DNA of 64,000 nucleotides from an uncultured Actinomycetota bacterium (GCA_963729095.1 CAVSMX010000021.1:46468-110467), one strand, 5' to 3'. Shown: positions 21,960 to 35,191, numbered from the stretch's first letter. Notes: a model not told the origin generated them from the letters alone. A program made the numbers and translations.

Positions 21960-23897
21960 GTGACCTCCGACTTCCCGGAGCTGGCTCGGGAGGGACTGCT
22001 CGCGCCGGCAGGTAGCACGGAGCAGACACACGACGGCACCGGCCGGGTCGACCTGGCGTTCACGGTCGAGGCCAAGGACGCGCCGCCCACCACCAGGTCG
22101 GTCCGGGTGCCGCCCGGTGTCACCGTCTTCGACTCGGCGTCCTGGAACGGCATCGCCATCGACTCCACGTGCGGAGGCCACGGCACCTGCCACAAGTGCA
22201 AGGTGCGCGTCGCCCCGGCCGGCCCGGTCAGCCGGCACGACGAGCGGACGTTCACACCCGCCCAGCTGGAGGCCGGTTGGAGGCTGGCCTGCCTGGCCCG
22301 GGCCACGAGCAACCTCGCGGTCGACGTACCCCCGCTGACCACCCGGCCCAAGGCAGCCACCGTGGGCGTAGGGCGGCAGGTGATCCTGCGTCCGGCGGTG
22401 CAGAAGCGGTACGTCGAGCTCGACGAGCCGACGCTGGCCGACCAGCGCACCGACCTGGCCCGGCTGCTCGACGCGATCGACGACCTCGAACCCACCTGCG
22501 ACCTCGCCGTACTCCGCCGGCTGCCGAAGGTGCTTCGCGAGGCGGACTTCAAGGTGACTGCAGTGGTCGTCGACGAGGACCTGATCGACATCGAGCCCGG
22601 CGACACCTCGACGGTGCGGTACGCCGTGGCGTTCGACCTCGGCACCACCACCGTCGTCGCCACGCTGCTCGACGTGGAGACCGGCACCCCGGTCGCGGTC
22701 GCGTCGATGCTCAACAAGCAGCAGCCCTACGGCGGCGACGTGATCACCCGGATCAGCGCCACCATGATCGACCCCGACACCCTCGGCCGGCTGCAGGAGG
22801 CGGCCGCGGCCACTCTGCGCGAGCTCACCGAGCAGGTGTGCCGAGAGGCCGACGTCGATCCGGCGCACGTCTACGAGGTGGCGCTCGCGGGCAACGCCAC
22901 GATGACCGCGCTCGCGCTCGGCATCGACCCCGAGCCGCTCGGCGTGGCGCCGTTCGTGATGTCGACCGCGACGCCGCCGACGGTGCTGGCCTCGGAGCTC
23001 GGGCTCGCCGTACACCCTCGGGCGCGGGCCGCGATCTTCCCCTCGCTCGGTGCGTACGTCGGCGGCGACATCGTCGCCGGGATGCTCGCCACCGGCATGG
23101 ACCGGGACAAGCGCACCCGCCTCTTCGTCGACGTCGGCACCAACTGCGAGATCGTGCTGTCCGACGGCGACACCGTGCTCGCGACGGCGGCGCCGGCCGG
23201 GCCGGCGTTCGAGGGCGGCGCGATCCGGTGCGGAATGCGCGCCGCCGACGGCGCCATCGAGGTCGTGAAGCTGGGCGACGCCGACAACCCCGTCGAGCTG
23301 GGCGTGATCGGCGACGTCGAGCCGCGCGGCCTCTGCGGGTCCGGGCTGGTCGACGTGGTCGCCGAGCTGGTCCGGCTCGGGCTGCTCGACTCCTCAGGTC
23401 GGTTCGTGCCGGACCACGTGGCCGCCGAGAAGGTGCCCGCGCTCTCCGGGAGGCTGACCAGGATCGGCGAGGAGCGGGTGTTCGTGCTGCACTCGCCCCA
23501 CCCGGAGGCCGATCCCTCGGAGACGGTCTACCTGTCGCAGCGCGACGTCCGGGAGCTGCAGTTCGCCAAGGCCGCGATCTCCACGGGCTGGACGCTGCTG
23601 CTCGAGCAGCTCGGTCTCCAGCACGACGACGTACAGCAGGTGCTGCTGGCCGGGTCGTTCGGCTCCTACCTCTCCCCCGCCGCCGCGGTCCGGATCGGGC
23701 TGGTGCCGCAGCTGCCGGTGCTCCGCATCGTCTCTGCCGGCAACGTCGCCGGCGAGGGGGCGAAGATGGCCCTGCTGTCGGTGCGCGAGCGCGCCGGCGC
23801 CAACGCGCTGCTGGAGGAGGTGGAGTATGTCGAGCTCAGCGATCGCCCGGACTTCAACGACCGTTTCGTCGAGCAGCTCGCCTTCAACGCTGGTTGA
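21960..23897 (+). CDS. ATP-dependent reductive corrinoid activator (RACo/RamA, ASKHA/DUF4445) with N-terminal 2Fe-2S domain
   Basis: CGGHGTCHKC...RLAC; DLGTTT; GGDVITRI; DVGTNCE; AGPAFEG; QRDVRELQFAKAAI; LAGSFG. Confidence 0.92.
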   Translation: MTSDFPELAREGLLAPAGSTEQTHDGTGRVDLAFTVEAKDAPPTTRSVRVPPGVTVFDSASWNGIAIDSTCGGHGTCHKCKVRVAPAGPVSRHDERTFTPAQLEAGWRLACLARATSNLAVDVPPLTTRPKAATVGVGRQVILRPAVQKRYVELDEPTLADQRTDLARLLDAIDDLEPTCDLAVLRRLPKVLREADFKVTAVVVDEDLIDIEPGDTSTVRYAVAFDLGTTTVVATLLDVETGTPVAVASMLNKQQPYGGDVITRISATMIDPDTLGRLQEAAAATLRELTEQVCREADVDPAHVYEVALAGNATMTALALGIDPEPLGVAPFVMSTATPPTVLASELGLAVHPRARAAIFPSLGAYVGGDIVAGMLATGMDRDKRTRLFVDVGTNCEIVLSDGDTVLATAAPAGPAFEGGAIRCGMRAADGAIEVVKLGDADNPVELGVIGDVEPRGLCGSGLVDVVAELVRLGLLDSSGRFVPDHVAAEKVPALSGRLTRIGEERVFVLHSPHPEADPSETVYLSQRDVRELQFAKAAISTGWTLLLEQLGLQHDDVQQVLLAGSFGSYLSPAAAVRIGLVPQLPVLRIVSAGNVAGEGAKMALLSVRERAGANALLEEVEYVELSDRPDFNDRFVEQLAFNAG

Positions 23898-24504
23898 GGA
23901 AGGCGCGAAGCGCCTGTCTCGAAACCGCGTTGCCCTGATCGCTTGCGGTGCGCTCTCGCAGCCGGCGGCCGACCTGGTCGCCGCGCACGGCTGGCCGGTC
24001 GACGTACACCCACTGCCGCCGCTGCTGCACAACCAGCCGCACCTGATCGCCGACGAGGTCCGCACCCTGGCCACCAGCCTGCTGGTCTCCGGCAGTCGGG
24101 TTGTCATCGGCTACGCCGACTGCGGCACCTACGGCGCCCTCGACGAGGTGTGCCGCGACCTCGGCCTCCAGCGGCTGCCGGGCCTGCACTGCTACGACGT
24201 GTTCGCGGGCCCCGACCGTCTGGCCCAGTTCTTCGAGGAGCAGCCGGGTACGTACGTGCTCACCGACTTCCTGGTGCGCTCGTTCTCCCGGACCGTGGTG
24301 CGGGAGCTCGGCCTGGACCGCTACCCCGAGCTGCGCGACGACTACTTCGGCACCTACACCCGCGTCGTCTGGCTGGCCCAGCAGCCCGACCCCGAGCTCC
24401 GGCGGCGCGCCGACGAGGCGGCCGCAACCCTCGGCCTGCCACTGACCATCGTCGAGACCGGGAACGACGGCCTCGCGCGCGCCCTCTCCGACCTGGTCTC
24501 CTAG
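23890..24504 (+). CDS. DUF1638 family protein (start uncertain)
   Basis: IACGAL, LHNQP, GYADCGT, HCYD, YVLTDFL, YPELRDDYF pattern; family typically accompanies RACo/B12 genes. Confidence 0.8.
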   Translation: MVEEGAKRLSRNRVALIACGALSQPAADLVAAHGWPVDVHPLPPLLHNQPHLIADEVRTLATSLLVSGSRVVIGYADCGTYGALDEVCRDLGLQRLPGLHCYDVFAGPDRLAQFFEEQPGTYVLTDFLVRSFSRTVVRELGLDRYPELRDDYFGTYTRVVWLAQQPDPELRRRADEAAATLGLPLTIVETGNDGLARALSDLVS

Positions 24505-24644
24505 CTGAAGATGCTGTAGCCGCCTGGCCCGACCGCGAGGCCGATGACGATCAGCACGATGCCCCACAGCACCGCGCCCTTGAACAGCTGGAAGATGCCG
24601 GCAATGACCAGGACCACGGCGATAAGCCAAAGGATGAACAACAT
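24501..24644 (-). CDS. 47-aa small membrane protein with GPGG motif (not in the ORF track)
   Basis: MLFILWLIAVVLVIAGIFQLFKGAVLWGIVLIVIGLAVGPGGYSIFS; two hydrophobic helices; stop overlaps the DUF1638 stop (CTAG). Confidence 0.8.
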   Translation of the reverse strand: MLFILWLIAVVLVIAGIFQLFKGAVLWGIVLIVIGLAVGPGGYSIFS

Positions 24645-24698
24645 GCGGGCCGGTTCCCCGCGACAGGCCGGCACACACCCTGAGACATCTCCCTACTC

Positions 24699-24828
24699 GT
24701 CGAATCGTGGCTTGTGGTGGCGCGAGTCGGTGGTTGTGGTCGGTTGAGTCGTCGGTTGTGGTGGTCGCGACGGATCTACCCGTACGACCACAACTCCCGA
24801 CTCATCCCGCCACAACCCCCGATTCGAC
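24699..24828. repeat. Inverted array of 22-bp repeats (3 direct + 2 inverted units)
   Basis: GA(A/G)TCGnnnnTTGTGG units at 24702, 24724, 24746; inverted copies 24785-24828; ends GTCGAATCG...CGATTCGAC. Confidence 0.75.
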
Positions 24829-24843
24829 TTGGTGGCGGGACGG

Positions 24844-25686
24844 TCAAGAGCTGAGCCGGCGCAACCAGTCCTGGCGCCAGGCCTCGGTCTCCGCGATCTG
24901 GTTGAACGTGTAGACGTGCAGGCCGTCGACCCTGGCCTCGGGTTCGCCCACCGATGGCGCGCACTTGGTCAGGAAGCTCTCGCCGGTGAATCCGCCCGGC
25001 GCGACCAGGCGGGTCATCAGGCCCTTCTGCTTGGAGAGGAAGCGGGTCGAGTCGCCGACGCCGATCTTGGTGGCCATGCCGAGCAGCTTGCTCCGGTCGA
25101 CCGGTCCGGGAAGCCCCAGCAGCAGCGGCAGCGTGATGCCCCGCAGCCGCATCCGGTGCACCCAGTCCTTGATGACGCCGGGGTCGAACGTCAGGTTGCT
25201 GACGACGTACGTCGCGTGCTTGCGCTTGTCCCACATCGACTGGATGGTCAGGTCGTCGTTGATCGTCGGGTGACTCTCGGGGTAGCCGGGCACGCCCACG
25301 TCCTTGAAGGGACTGCCCATCGCCGTCAGGTCCTCGAGCATGCTCAGCGCGTCGGGATAGTCGCCGACCGTCTGCGCGTCGCCGCCCGGGACGAACACGT
25401 TGGTCACCCCGGCCGCGGTCAGCCGCTCGACCAGCTCGGTCAGCTCGGACCGGCCGCTCACCATCCGCGCGGCCAGGTGCGGCACCACGTCGTACCCCTG
25501 CGCGGTGAGGCTCTCGGCCAGCTCGAAGGTGCGCTCCAGGCCCATGGACGGGGAGGCGGTCACGGTGACCGGAATGTCCGTGGGGACGGACTCGACGATC
25601 TTCGCCTCGGCGGTGGGGGTGGGCAGCACCTCGTAGCGGGCGTGCCGAAGGAGGCGCCGTATCGCCTCGCGGTCCTTGTTGCGCAT
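24844..25686 (-). CDS. metF: Methylenetetrahydrofolate reductase family
   Basis: VPHLAAR, VFVPGGD, GYPESHP, SNLTFD, GLHVYTFNQ. Confidence 0.85.
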   Translation of the reverse strand: MRNKDREAIRRLLRHARYEVLPTPTAEAKIVESVPTDIPVTVTASPSMGLERTFELAESLTAQGYDVVPHLAARMVSGRSELTELVERLTAAGVTNVFVPGGDAQTVGDYPDALSMLEDLTAMGSPFKDVGVPGYPESHPTINDDLTIQSMWDKRKHATYVVSNLTFDPGVIKDWVHRMRLRGITLPLLLGLPGPVDRSKLLGMATKIGVGDSTRFLSKQKGLMTRLVAPGGFTGESFLTKCAPSVGEPEARVDGLHVYTFNQIAETEAWRQDWLRRLSS

Positions 25687-25782
25687 CGTGCTACCTAGTT
25701 TCGTGATACGCGCCGACAGGGAACAGGCTACTCCCGCGCCGGACCGTTTGAACAGAGCGAGATTCCGGCCGCCGGGCGTCGC

Positions 25783-26160
25783 TCAGACGTCGGTGCTCCA
25801 CGCATCGTTGAGCACCTTGCGATGCGTCGGCGCCGCCTGCTCGTAGACCCGCTTGCCCTTCGCGGTCAGGCAGACGAAGACGCCACGGCGGTCGTCGGAG
25901 CACATGCTCCGCTTGACCAGGCCGTCGCGCTCCAGGCGGGCCACCGCCCGGGACAGCGCGCTCTGGCTCAGGTGGATGTCACCGGAGAGGTCGTTCATCC
26001 GGTAGTTCTCGCACTGGGCGTCGACCAGGCGGTCGAGGGTCTCGAACTCGCTGAGCCCGATCTGGTGCTGGTCCTGAAGCGCCTTCTCGAGGGCGCCGGT
26101 GACGACGGCGTGGCGGTCGAGCAGCTCGCGCCATTCCTCGATCAGACCGGCTCGACCCAT
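25783..26160 (-). CDS. MarR family regulator
   Basis: LSQSALSRAVARLERDGLV...DRRGVFVCLT. Confidence 0.9.
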   Translation of the reverse strand: MGRAGLIEEWRELLDRHAVVTGALEKALQDQHQIGLSEFETLDRLVDAQCENYRMNDLSGDIHLSQSALSRAVARLERDGLVKRSMCSDDRRGVFVCLTAKGKRVYEQAAPTHRKVLNDAWSTDV

Positions 26161-26186
26161 GGCCGCACAATAGCTCTCGAACGACG

Positions 26187-26231
26187 TGAATGCAAACACA
26201 TTAATTGCGCTTGCATTCAATGCACGTGCAT
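26187..26231. promoter_or_regulatory. Probable MarR operator array in the divergent promoter
   Basis: Three ATGC-N4-GCAT-like boxes at 15-bp period (26190, 26205, 26220); 26220 is perfect ATGCACGTGCAT. Confidence 0.65.
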
Positions 26232-26246
26232 GGAAGTGTACGGCGA

Positions 26247-27725
26247 GTGACTTCACCAACCACTCTCGGTTCTCCCCCCAACACGAGCTCCACGAACTGG
26301 AGCCCCCGCATCTGGGCGATGCTGATCACCCTCTGCATCGTGCTCTTCCTCGACGGCCTCGACGTCTCGATGATCGGTGTGGCCCTGCCCTCGATCGGCG
26401 CCGAGCTCGACCTCACCACGTCGTCCCTGCAGTGGCTGGTCAGCGGCTACGTCCTCGGGTACGGCGGCCTGCTGCTGCTCGGCGGCCGCACCGCCGACCT
26501 CTTCGGACGCCGCAAGGTCTTCCTGATCGCGCTGGCCGTCTTCGCCATCGCCTCGCTCGCCGGCGGCCTGGTCAGCAGCGGACCGCTGCTGATCGCCACC
26601 CGCTTCATCAAGGGACTGGCGGCGGCGTTCACCGCACCCACCGGACTCTCGATCATCACGACGAACTTCGCCGAGGGCCCGGCCCGCAACCGGGCGCTGT
26701 CGATCTACACCGTGTTCGGTGCGGGTGGCTACTCGTCCGGCCTGCTCTTCGGTGGCCTGATGACCGGCGTCGGCTGGCGCTGGACGTTCCTGCTGCCGGT
26801 GCCGATCGCACTGGCCGCGCTGGCCGCAGCCTTCGTGCTGCTGCCCAAGGACAAGCCCGCCGAGGAGGGCGGCCACGACCTCGCGGGCGCGGCACTCTCC
26901 ACCGGGGCGATGCTGCTACTCGTCTACACGGTTGTCACCGCTCCGGACGTGGGCTGGACCTCGGCCCGTACCGTCGGCTCGTTCGTCCTGGTGGCCGCGC
27001 TGGTCGCGGGATTCGTCTTCGCGGAGAGCCGGGTCAAGCACCCGTTGATCCGGCTGGGCATCCTGCGCAAGCCATCGCTGGTGCGGGCCAGCCTGGCCAT
27101 CGTCGCGGTGGCCGGCTCCTACTTCAGCTGGCAGTTCATCGTGACCCTGTACCTCCAGGACACGCTGGGCTGGTCGCCGCTGAAGCTGGCGCTCGCGCTG
27201 CTGCCGGTCGGCCTGATGGTCGCCGCGTCGTCGGTGTTCTCCGACAAGCTGGTCAACCGGTTCGGCACCACCCGGATCATCGGGGTCACGATGGCGGTGA
27301 TGGCGGTGGGCTACCTGCTGTTCCTCCGCCTCGACACCTCGCCGTCGTACCTCACGATGCTGCTGCCGGCACTGCTGCTCATCGGCGTGGGCTGGATCGG
27401 TTTCCCGGCGATCAACATCCAGGCGACCGCCGGCGTCGACGACGACGAGCAGGGCCTGGCGGCCGGCGTGCTGCAGACCTCGATGCAGGTCGGTGCCGCG
27501 ATCGTGCTGGCCGTCACCACCGCGATCATCACGTCGGGCACGGAGGGCGCCGCCACGCCCGCGGACGTGCTCGACGGCTTCCGGCCCGGGCTGGTGTTCG
27601 GAGCCGCGGTCTCGATCGCCGGTGCGCTGGTCGCGCTCCTCGCGCTGAGGCCACGGCGCCGTACGGCCGACGAGCCGGAGCCGATTGTGGAGCCGGAGCC
27701 GGAGCTCGCGTCCGAGGCCGCCTGA
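26247..27725 (+). CDS. MFS transporter, DHA2 (14-TM) type
   Basis: LDVSMIGVALPSI, GGRTADLFGRR, many TM helices. Confidence 0.9.
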   Translation: MTSPTTLGSPPNTSSTNWSPRIWAMLITLCIVLFLDGLDVSMIGVALPSIGAELDLTTSSLQWLVSGYVLGYGGLLLLGGRTADLFGRRKVFLIALAVFAIASLAGGLVSSGPLLIATRFIKGLAAAFTAPTGLSIITTNFAEGPARNRALSIYTVFGAGGYSSGLLFGGLMTGVGWRWTFLLPVPIALAALAAAFVLLPKDKPAEEGGHDLAGAALSTGAMLLLVYTVVTAPDVGWTSARTVGSFVLVAALVAGFVFAESRVKHPLIRLGILRKPSLVRASLAIVAVAGSYFSWQFIVTLYLQDTLGWSPLKLALALLPVGLMVAASSVFSDKLVNRFGTTRIIGVTMAVMAVGYLLFLRLDTSPSYLTMLLPALLLIGVGWIGFPAINIQATAGVDDDEQGLAAGVLQTSMQVGAAIVLAVTTAIITSGTEGAATPADVLDGFRPGLVFGAAVSIAGALVALLALRPRRRTADEPEPIVEPEPELASEAA

Positions 27726-27803
27726 CGGCTTCTTCTCGGGAAGGGCGGGTGCCCCGCGGCCCTCGGGTCGCGGGGCATCGCGCGTCTGGGTGCACAATGC
27801 CTC

Positions 27804-31194
<3,391 letters not shown>

Positions 31195-31222
31195 GTGCAA
31201 CCTCTCAATGGTGGCGGTGTGG

Positions 31223-31651
31223 TCAGGACGTGATGGCGGAACAGGCGGGGCACAGGCCCCAGTAGATGACCTCGGCCTCGTCGATCACGAAGCCGCTGTC
31301 CTCCGAAGCGTGCAGGCAGGGCGCCTCCCCGACGGCGCAGTCGACGTCGGCGATGTCGCCGCAGGAGCGGCACACGACGTGGTGGTGGTTGTCGCCGACC
31401 CGCGACTCGTAGCGCGCGACCGAGCCGGACGGCTGGATGCGGCGCACCAGGCCGGCCGTGGTGAGCGCGCGGAGCACGTCGTAGACGGCCTGGTGCGAGA
31501 CGCTCGGGAGGTCCCGGCGTACGGCACCGATCAGGGTGTCCGTGTCGGCGTGCGAGTGCGCGTGCACCGCAGTCAGCACCGCGATCCGGGGTCGAGTGAC
31601 GCGCAGGTCGGCACCGCGGAGCATCTGCTCGAGGTCCGAGGTCGCCGTCAC
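31223..31651 (-). CDS. furA: Fur family peroxide regulator FurA
   Basis: [34 protein letters not shown]; directly upstream of katG. Confidence 0.93.
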   Translation of the reverse strand: MTATSDLEQMLRGADLRVTRPRIAVLTAVHAHSHADTDTLIGAVRRDLPSVSHQAVYDVLRALTTAGLVRRIQPSGSVARYESRVGDNHHHVVCRSCGDIADVDCAVGEAPCLHASEDSGFVIDEAEVIYWGLCPACSAITS

Positions 31652-31658
31652 GTCTCGG

Positions 31659-31690
31659 AGTCTGCCACTTTTCTGGAACCAGTCAAGATC
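31659..31690 (-). promoter_or_regulatory. furA promoter and FurA box; probably a leaderless transcript
   Basis: Minus strand TCTTGACTGGTTCCAGAAAAG, similar to the mycobacterial furA operator as recalled; TTGACT-16-CAGACT-7-GTG. Confidence 0.7.
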
Positions 31691-31736
31691 ACGCCGCGGG
31701 GACCGAGCTCGAGGCGGGAGGTTGGAAGATGATGTC

Positions 31737-33116
31737 GTGGCACTCGACGACACCGCCGGCGTACCCAACGGCGGTGTGTCGTTCTGGTACTCCCAGATCG
31801 GTCTGCCCGAGCCCGGGCCGCCGCTGCCCGGCGACCTCGAGTGCGACGTCTGCATCGTCGGCGGTGGGCTGACCGGGCTGTGGACCGCGTACTACCTGGC
31901 GATGGCCGACCCGGCGCTGCGGATCGTGGTCCTCGAGGCGGAGTTCGTCGGCTTCGGCGCCTCGGGCCGCAACGGCGGCTGGCTGTCCGCGGAGCTGCCC
32001 GGCAACCGCCGCACCTTCGCCCGCGGTCCACACGGCCCCGCCGGGGTCGACCGGCTCGCCGCGGCGCTGCGGGGCACGGTCGACGAGGTGATCGCGATCT
32101 GCGAGGAGGAGGGCATCGAGGCCGACATCCTCCGGAGCGGCGTCGTGCACGTCGCGAGGTCGCCCGCCCAGCTCGCCCGGATGCGGGAGAGCCCGCCCGA
32201 GGCACCCGCCCGTCTGCTCACCGGCCCCGAGATGACCGAGCGGATCAACATCGCCGGCGCCCTCGGCGGGTACGTCGACCCCGACTGCGCGCGCGTGCAA
32301 CCGGCGCGGCTCGTGCAGGGTCTCGCAGGCGTCGTACGCCGGCTGGGGGTCACCATCCACGAGCAGACCCGGGTGACCGAGATCGAGCGAGGCCGGGCCG
32401 TCACCCCGCGCGGCACCGTGCGGGCGGCGCACGTACTCCGCTGCCTGGAGGGCTTCACGGCCGGGCTGGCGGGGCAGCGTCGCGCACTGCTGCCGATGAA
32501 CTCGGCCATCGTCGTGACCGAGCCGCTGACCCCCGAGCAGTGGGACCGGATCGGCTGGCGCGGCAGCGAGCTGCTCGGCGACCTGGCGCACGCCTACTGC
32601 TACGCGCAACGTACGGCGGACGGCCGGATCGCCCTCGGTGGGCGGGGAATTCCCTACCGGTTCGGCTCTCGCACCGACGTCGACGGCCGGACGCAGGATT
32701 GGACGATCGAGTCGCTGCGGGCGACCTTGACCGACCTGTTCCCGCCGGTGGCCGACGTACCGCTGGCGCAGGCCTGGTGCGGCGTGCTCGGCGTACCCCG
32801 CGACTGGTGCGCCAGCGTCGGTCTCGACCGCGGCACCGGCATCGGCTGGGCCGGCGGCTACGTGGGCAGCGGCCTGACCGCCACCAACCTCGCCGGTCGC
32901 ACCCTGCGCGACCTGGTCCTCGACCGCGACACCGAGCTGCGCCGGCTCGCCTGGACGGATCGTCCGATGCGCAAGTGGGAGCCCGAGCCGTTGCGATGGC
33001 TGGGCGTCCGGGCGATGTACGGCCTCTACCGAACGGCAGACCGGCGAGAGTCGGCGAAGCGACTCGCGCGGACCAGCCGCATCGGTCGCCTCGCCGACAT
33101 CGTCTCCGGCCGGTAG
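31737..33116 (+). CDS. FAD-dependent amine oxidoreductase (DAO/PuuB-like)
   Basis: VSFW, IVGGGLTGLW, GASGRNGG, VQPARL, WEPEPLRW; start uncertain. Confidence 0.85.
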   Translation: MALDDTAGVPNGGVSFWYSQIGLPEPGPPLPGDLECDVCIVGGGLTGLWTAYYLAMADPALRIVVLEAEFVGFGASGRNGGWLSAELPGNRRTFARGPHGPAGVDRLAAALRGTVDEVIAICEEEGIEADILRSGVVHVARSPAQLARMRESPPEAPARLLTGPEMTERINIAGALGGYVDPDCARVQPARLVQGLAGVVRRLGVTIHEQTRVTEIERGRAVTPRGTVRAAHVLRCLEGFTAGLAGQRRALLPMNSAIVVTEPLTPEQWDRIGWRGSELLGDLAHAYCYAQRTADGRIALGGRGIPYRFGSRTDVDGRTQDWTIESLRATLTDLFPPVADVPLAQAWCGVLGVPRDWCASVGLDRGTGIGWAGGYVGSGLTATNLAGRTLRDLVLDRDTELRRLAWTDRPMRKWEPEPLRWLGVRAMYGLYRTADRRESAKRLARTSRIGRLADIVSGR

Positions 33117-33120
33117 TCCC

Positions 33121-33657
33121 TCAGGCCGCCGTCTTGTAGAGCAGGTGGACGACGCCGGTCGACAGGGTCTTGCTCTCGACCAGCTCGAGGCCGTGCGTCT
33201 CGAACTCGCCCTCGAAGAGCCGCTGCCCCTTCCCGACGACAACCGGGTGCAGCAGCAGCTGGAGCTCGTCGAGCAGCCCGTTCTCCAACAGCCACCGGAC
33301 GGTGATCGCGCTGCCGGACGTGAACAGGGTGCCGTCGACCCCGTCCTTCATCGCCTGCACGGACGCGACATCACCCGCGACGACACTGGTGTTGTTCCAG
33401 GCCGGGTCCTGCAGCGACGACGAGATCACGTACTTGGGGATGTTGTTGAAGTAGTCGGCGAACTCGCCGGTCTCGTTGGGCCAGTACGCCGCGCTGCCGT
33501 CGTACCCCTTGCGGCCCATCAGGAAGCCCTTGTTGACCTCCAGACCCGCGCTGACGATCTCGCCCATCTCGTCGTTGAAGTACGACATGTGCCAGGTCTC
33601 CGGCGCCTCGACGACGCCGTCCAGGGAGATGAAGAAGTTCGCTTGGATCGTGCCCAT
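33121..33657 (-). CDS. Dihydrofolate reductase-like (RibD C-terminal) protein
   Basis: ISLDGVVE, LMGRKGY, PKYVIS, GS, LLDEL.L.LHPVVVGKG.RLF. Confidence 0.88.
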   Translation of the reverse strand: MGTIQANFFISLDGVVEAPETWHMSYFNDEMGEIVSAGLEVNKGFLMGRKGYDGSAAYWPNETGEFADYFNNIPKYVISSSLQDPAWNNTSVVAGDVASVQAMKDGVDGTLFTSGSAITVRWLLENGLLDELQLLLHPVVVGKGQRLFEGEFETHGLELVESKTLSTGVVHLLYKTAA

Positions 33658-33815
33658 GATGATGGTTCCTCTCGGTGTTCGATGAAGTGGTTCTCGGCCA
33701 CAGGTCGAACGGCGCGCGCCTGGATCGACACGCCTCTCCAAGAATGTCGGCGGAAGGAGTCGCCGCTACAGTACAAAGTACGAATGCGCGTTGGAACGCA
33801 GATGGAGGGCGCAGA

Positions 33816-34481
33816 GTGAGCGAGGAAACCGGACGTCAGCGAGGGGGACGTCCACGGCTGAGCCGGGAACGCGTGCTCCGGGGCGCGATGGCGGTCGCCG
33901 ACGCGGGCGGCATCGATGCGCTCACGATCCGATCCCTCGCGCAGAGCCTGGGCGTGAAGCCGATGTCGGTCTACTACTACGTCGCCAACAAGGACGAGAT
34001 CCTCGACGGCATCGTCGACCTGGTGTTCAGCGAGATCGAGCTGCCGGCTGCCGACGGTGACTGGCGCACGGAGATTCGCCGCCGTGCCCACTCGGCACGC
34101 CGGGTGCTGCGGGCGCACCCCTGGGCGATCGGTCTGATGGAGTCGCGGACCAGCCCCGGCCCCGCGACGCTGCGTCACCACGATGCGGTTCTCGCGACAC
34201 TGCTCGGTGCGGGTTTCTCGCACGAGCTGACCGCACACGCCTACGCCCTGCTCGACAGCTACATCTACGGGTTCGCCCTCCAGGAGGCCGGCCTGCCGTT
34301 CGACGGACCGGACACCGTCGCCGACGTCGCCGAGCCGATCATGGAGCGGTTCTCCACCGGCGAGTACCCCCACATGGTGGAGATGGCGACCGACTACTAC
34401 TTCCGCCCCGGGTACGACTTCGGCGATGAGTTCGAGTGGGGGCTCGACCTGATCCTGGATGGAGTCACGAGATCGGCATAA
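33816..34481 (+). CDS. TetR family regulator with TetR_C domain
   Basis: LSRERV...LTIRSLAQSLGVKPMSVYYYV.NKDEIL; FEWGLDLILDG. Confidence 0.92.
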   Translation: MSEETGRQRGGRPRLSRERVLRGAMAVADAGGIDALTIRSLAQSLGVKPMSVYYYVANKDEILDGIVDLVFSEIELPAADGDWRTEIRRRAHSARRVLRAHPWAIGLMESRTSPGPATLRHHDAVLATLLGAGFSHELTAHAYALLDSYIYGFALQEAGLPFDGPDTVADVAEPIMERFSTGEYPHMVEMATDYYFRPGYDFGDEFEWGLDLILDGVTRSA

Positions 34482-34492
34482 GGTCGCGTCGC

Positions 34493-35005
34493 GTGAATCC
34501 GTACACCCTGCGGCTCGCCCGGACCCAGGACATCGCCGACATGCGGCGCATCGAAGTGGCGGCTGGGGAGCGCTTTCTGACGCTGGGGATGGATCTGGTC
34601 GCCGACGACGACCCTCCCAGCGCAGCTGAGCTGAGTGGATACGTCGACTCCGATCGGGCATGGGTCGCCGTCGGAGGTGACGGGCCGGTGGGGTACCTGA
34701 CCCACGAACCCGTCGATGGCCAGTGGCACATCGAGCAGGTCTCGGTCGACCCGGAGCACGCCGGTCATGGCCTGGGCAGGCAGCTTGTCGAGAGGGTTGC
34801 CGACATCGCGGCCGCGGCCGGGGTCCGCGCCCTCACCCTCACCACCTACCGCGACGTTCCCTGGAACGCCCCGTACTACGAGCGCCTCGGGTTCCGTGAG
34901 CTTCCCGAGCCGGCCTGGACGCCGGGACTTCGCGCGATCCGGACCCGCGAGGCGGAGCACGGCCTGGACGAGTGGCCTCGCGTCTGCATGCGGCGGGAGC
35001 TGTAG
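34493..35005 (+). CDS. GNAT family N-acetyltransferase
   Basis: HIEQVSVDPEHAGHGLG, LTLTTYRDVPWNAPYYERLGF. Confidence 0.9.
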   Translation: MNPYTLRLARTQDIADMRRIEVAAGERFLTLGMDLVADDDPPSAAELSGYVDSDRAWVAVGGDGPVGYLTHEPVDGQWHIEQVSVDPEHAGHGLGRQLVERVADIAAAAGVRALTLTTYRDVPWNAPYYERLGFRELPEPAWTPGLRAIRTREAEHGLDEWPRVCMRREL

Positions 35006-35191
35006 GCCGCCGGTCCTGACCGGACGGCGTACCCAATTCGGGCGGCGACACCTGGCATCACGGCCCGCGAGGATGGCGCATCTCTGTGCGTGATCCGCCG
35101 GAGTGAGTGAGACTGGCTGCAGGGTGCCGCGCGAGCGACCCGCTCGTCGACGCCCGGGATGCTCGGGGCCCACGGGAGGGAAGGCTCCGTC

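Noticed and set aside
24699-24828. CRISPR array
   Set aside because: Units are contiguous, degenerate and partly inverted, with no unique spacers and no cas genes
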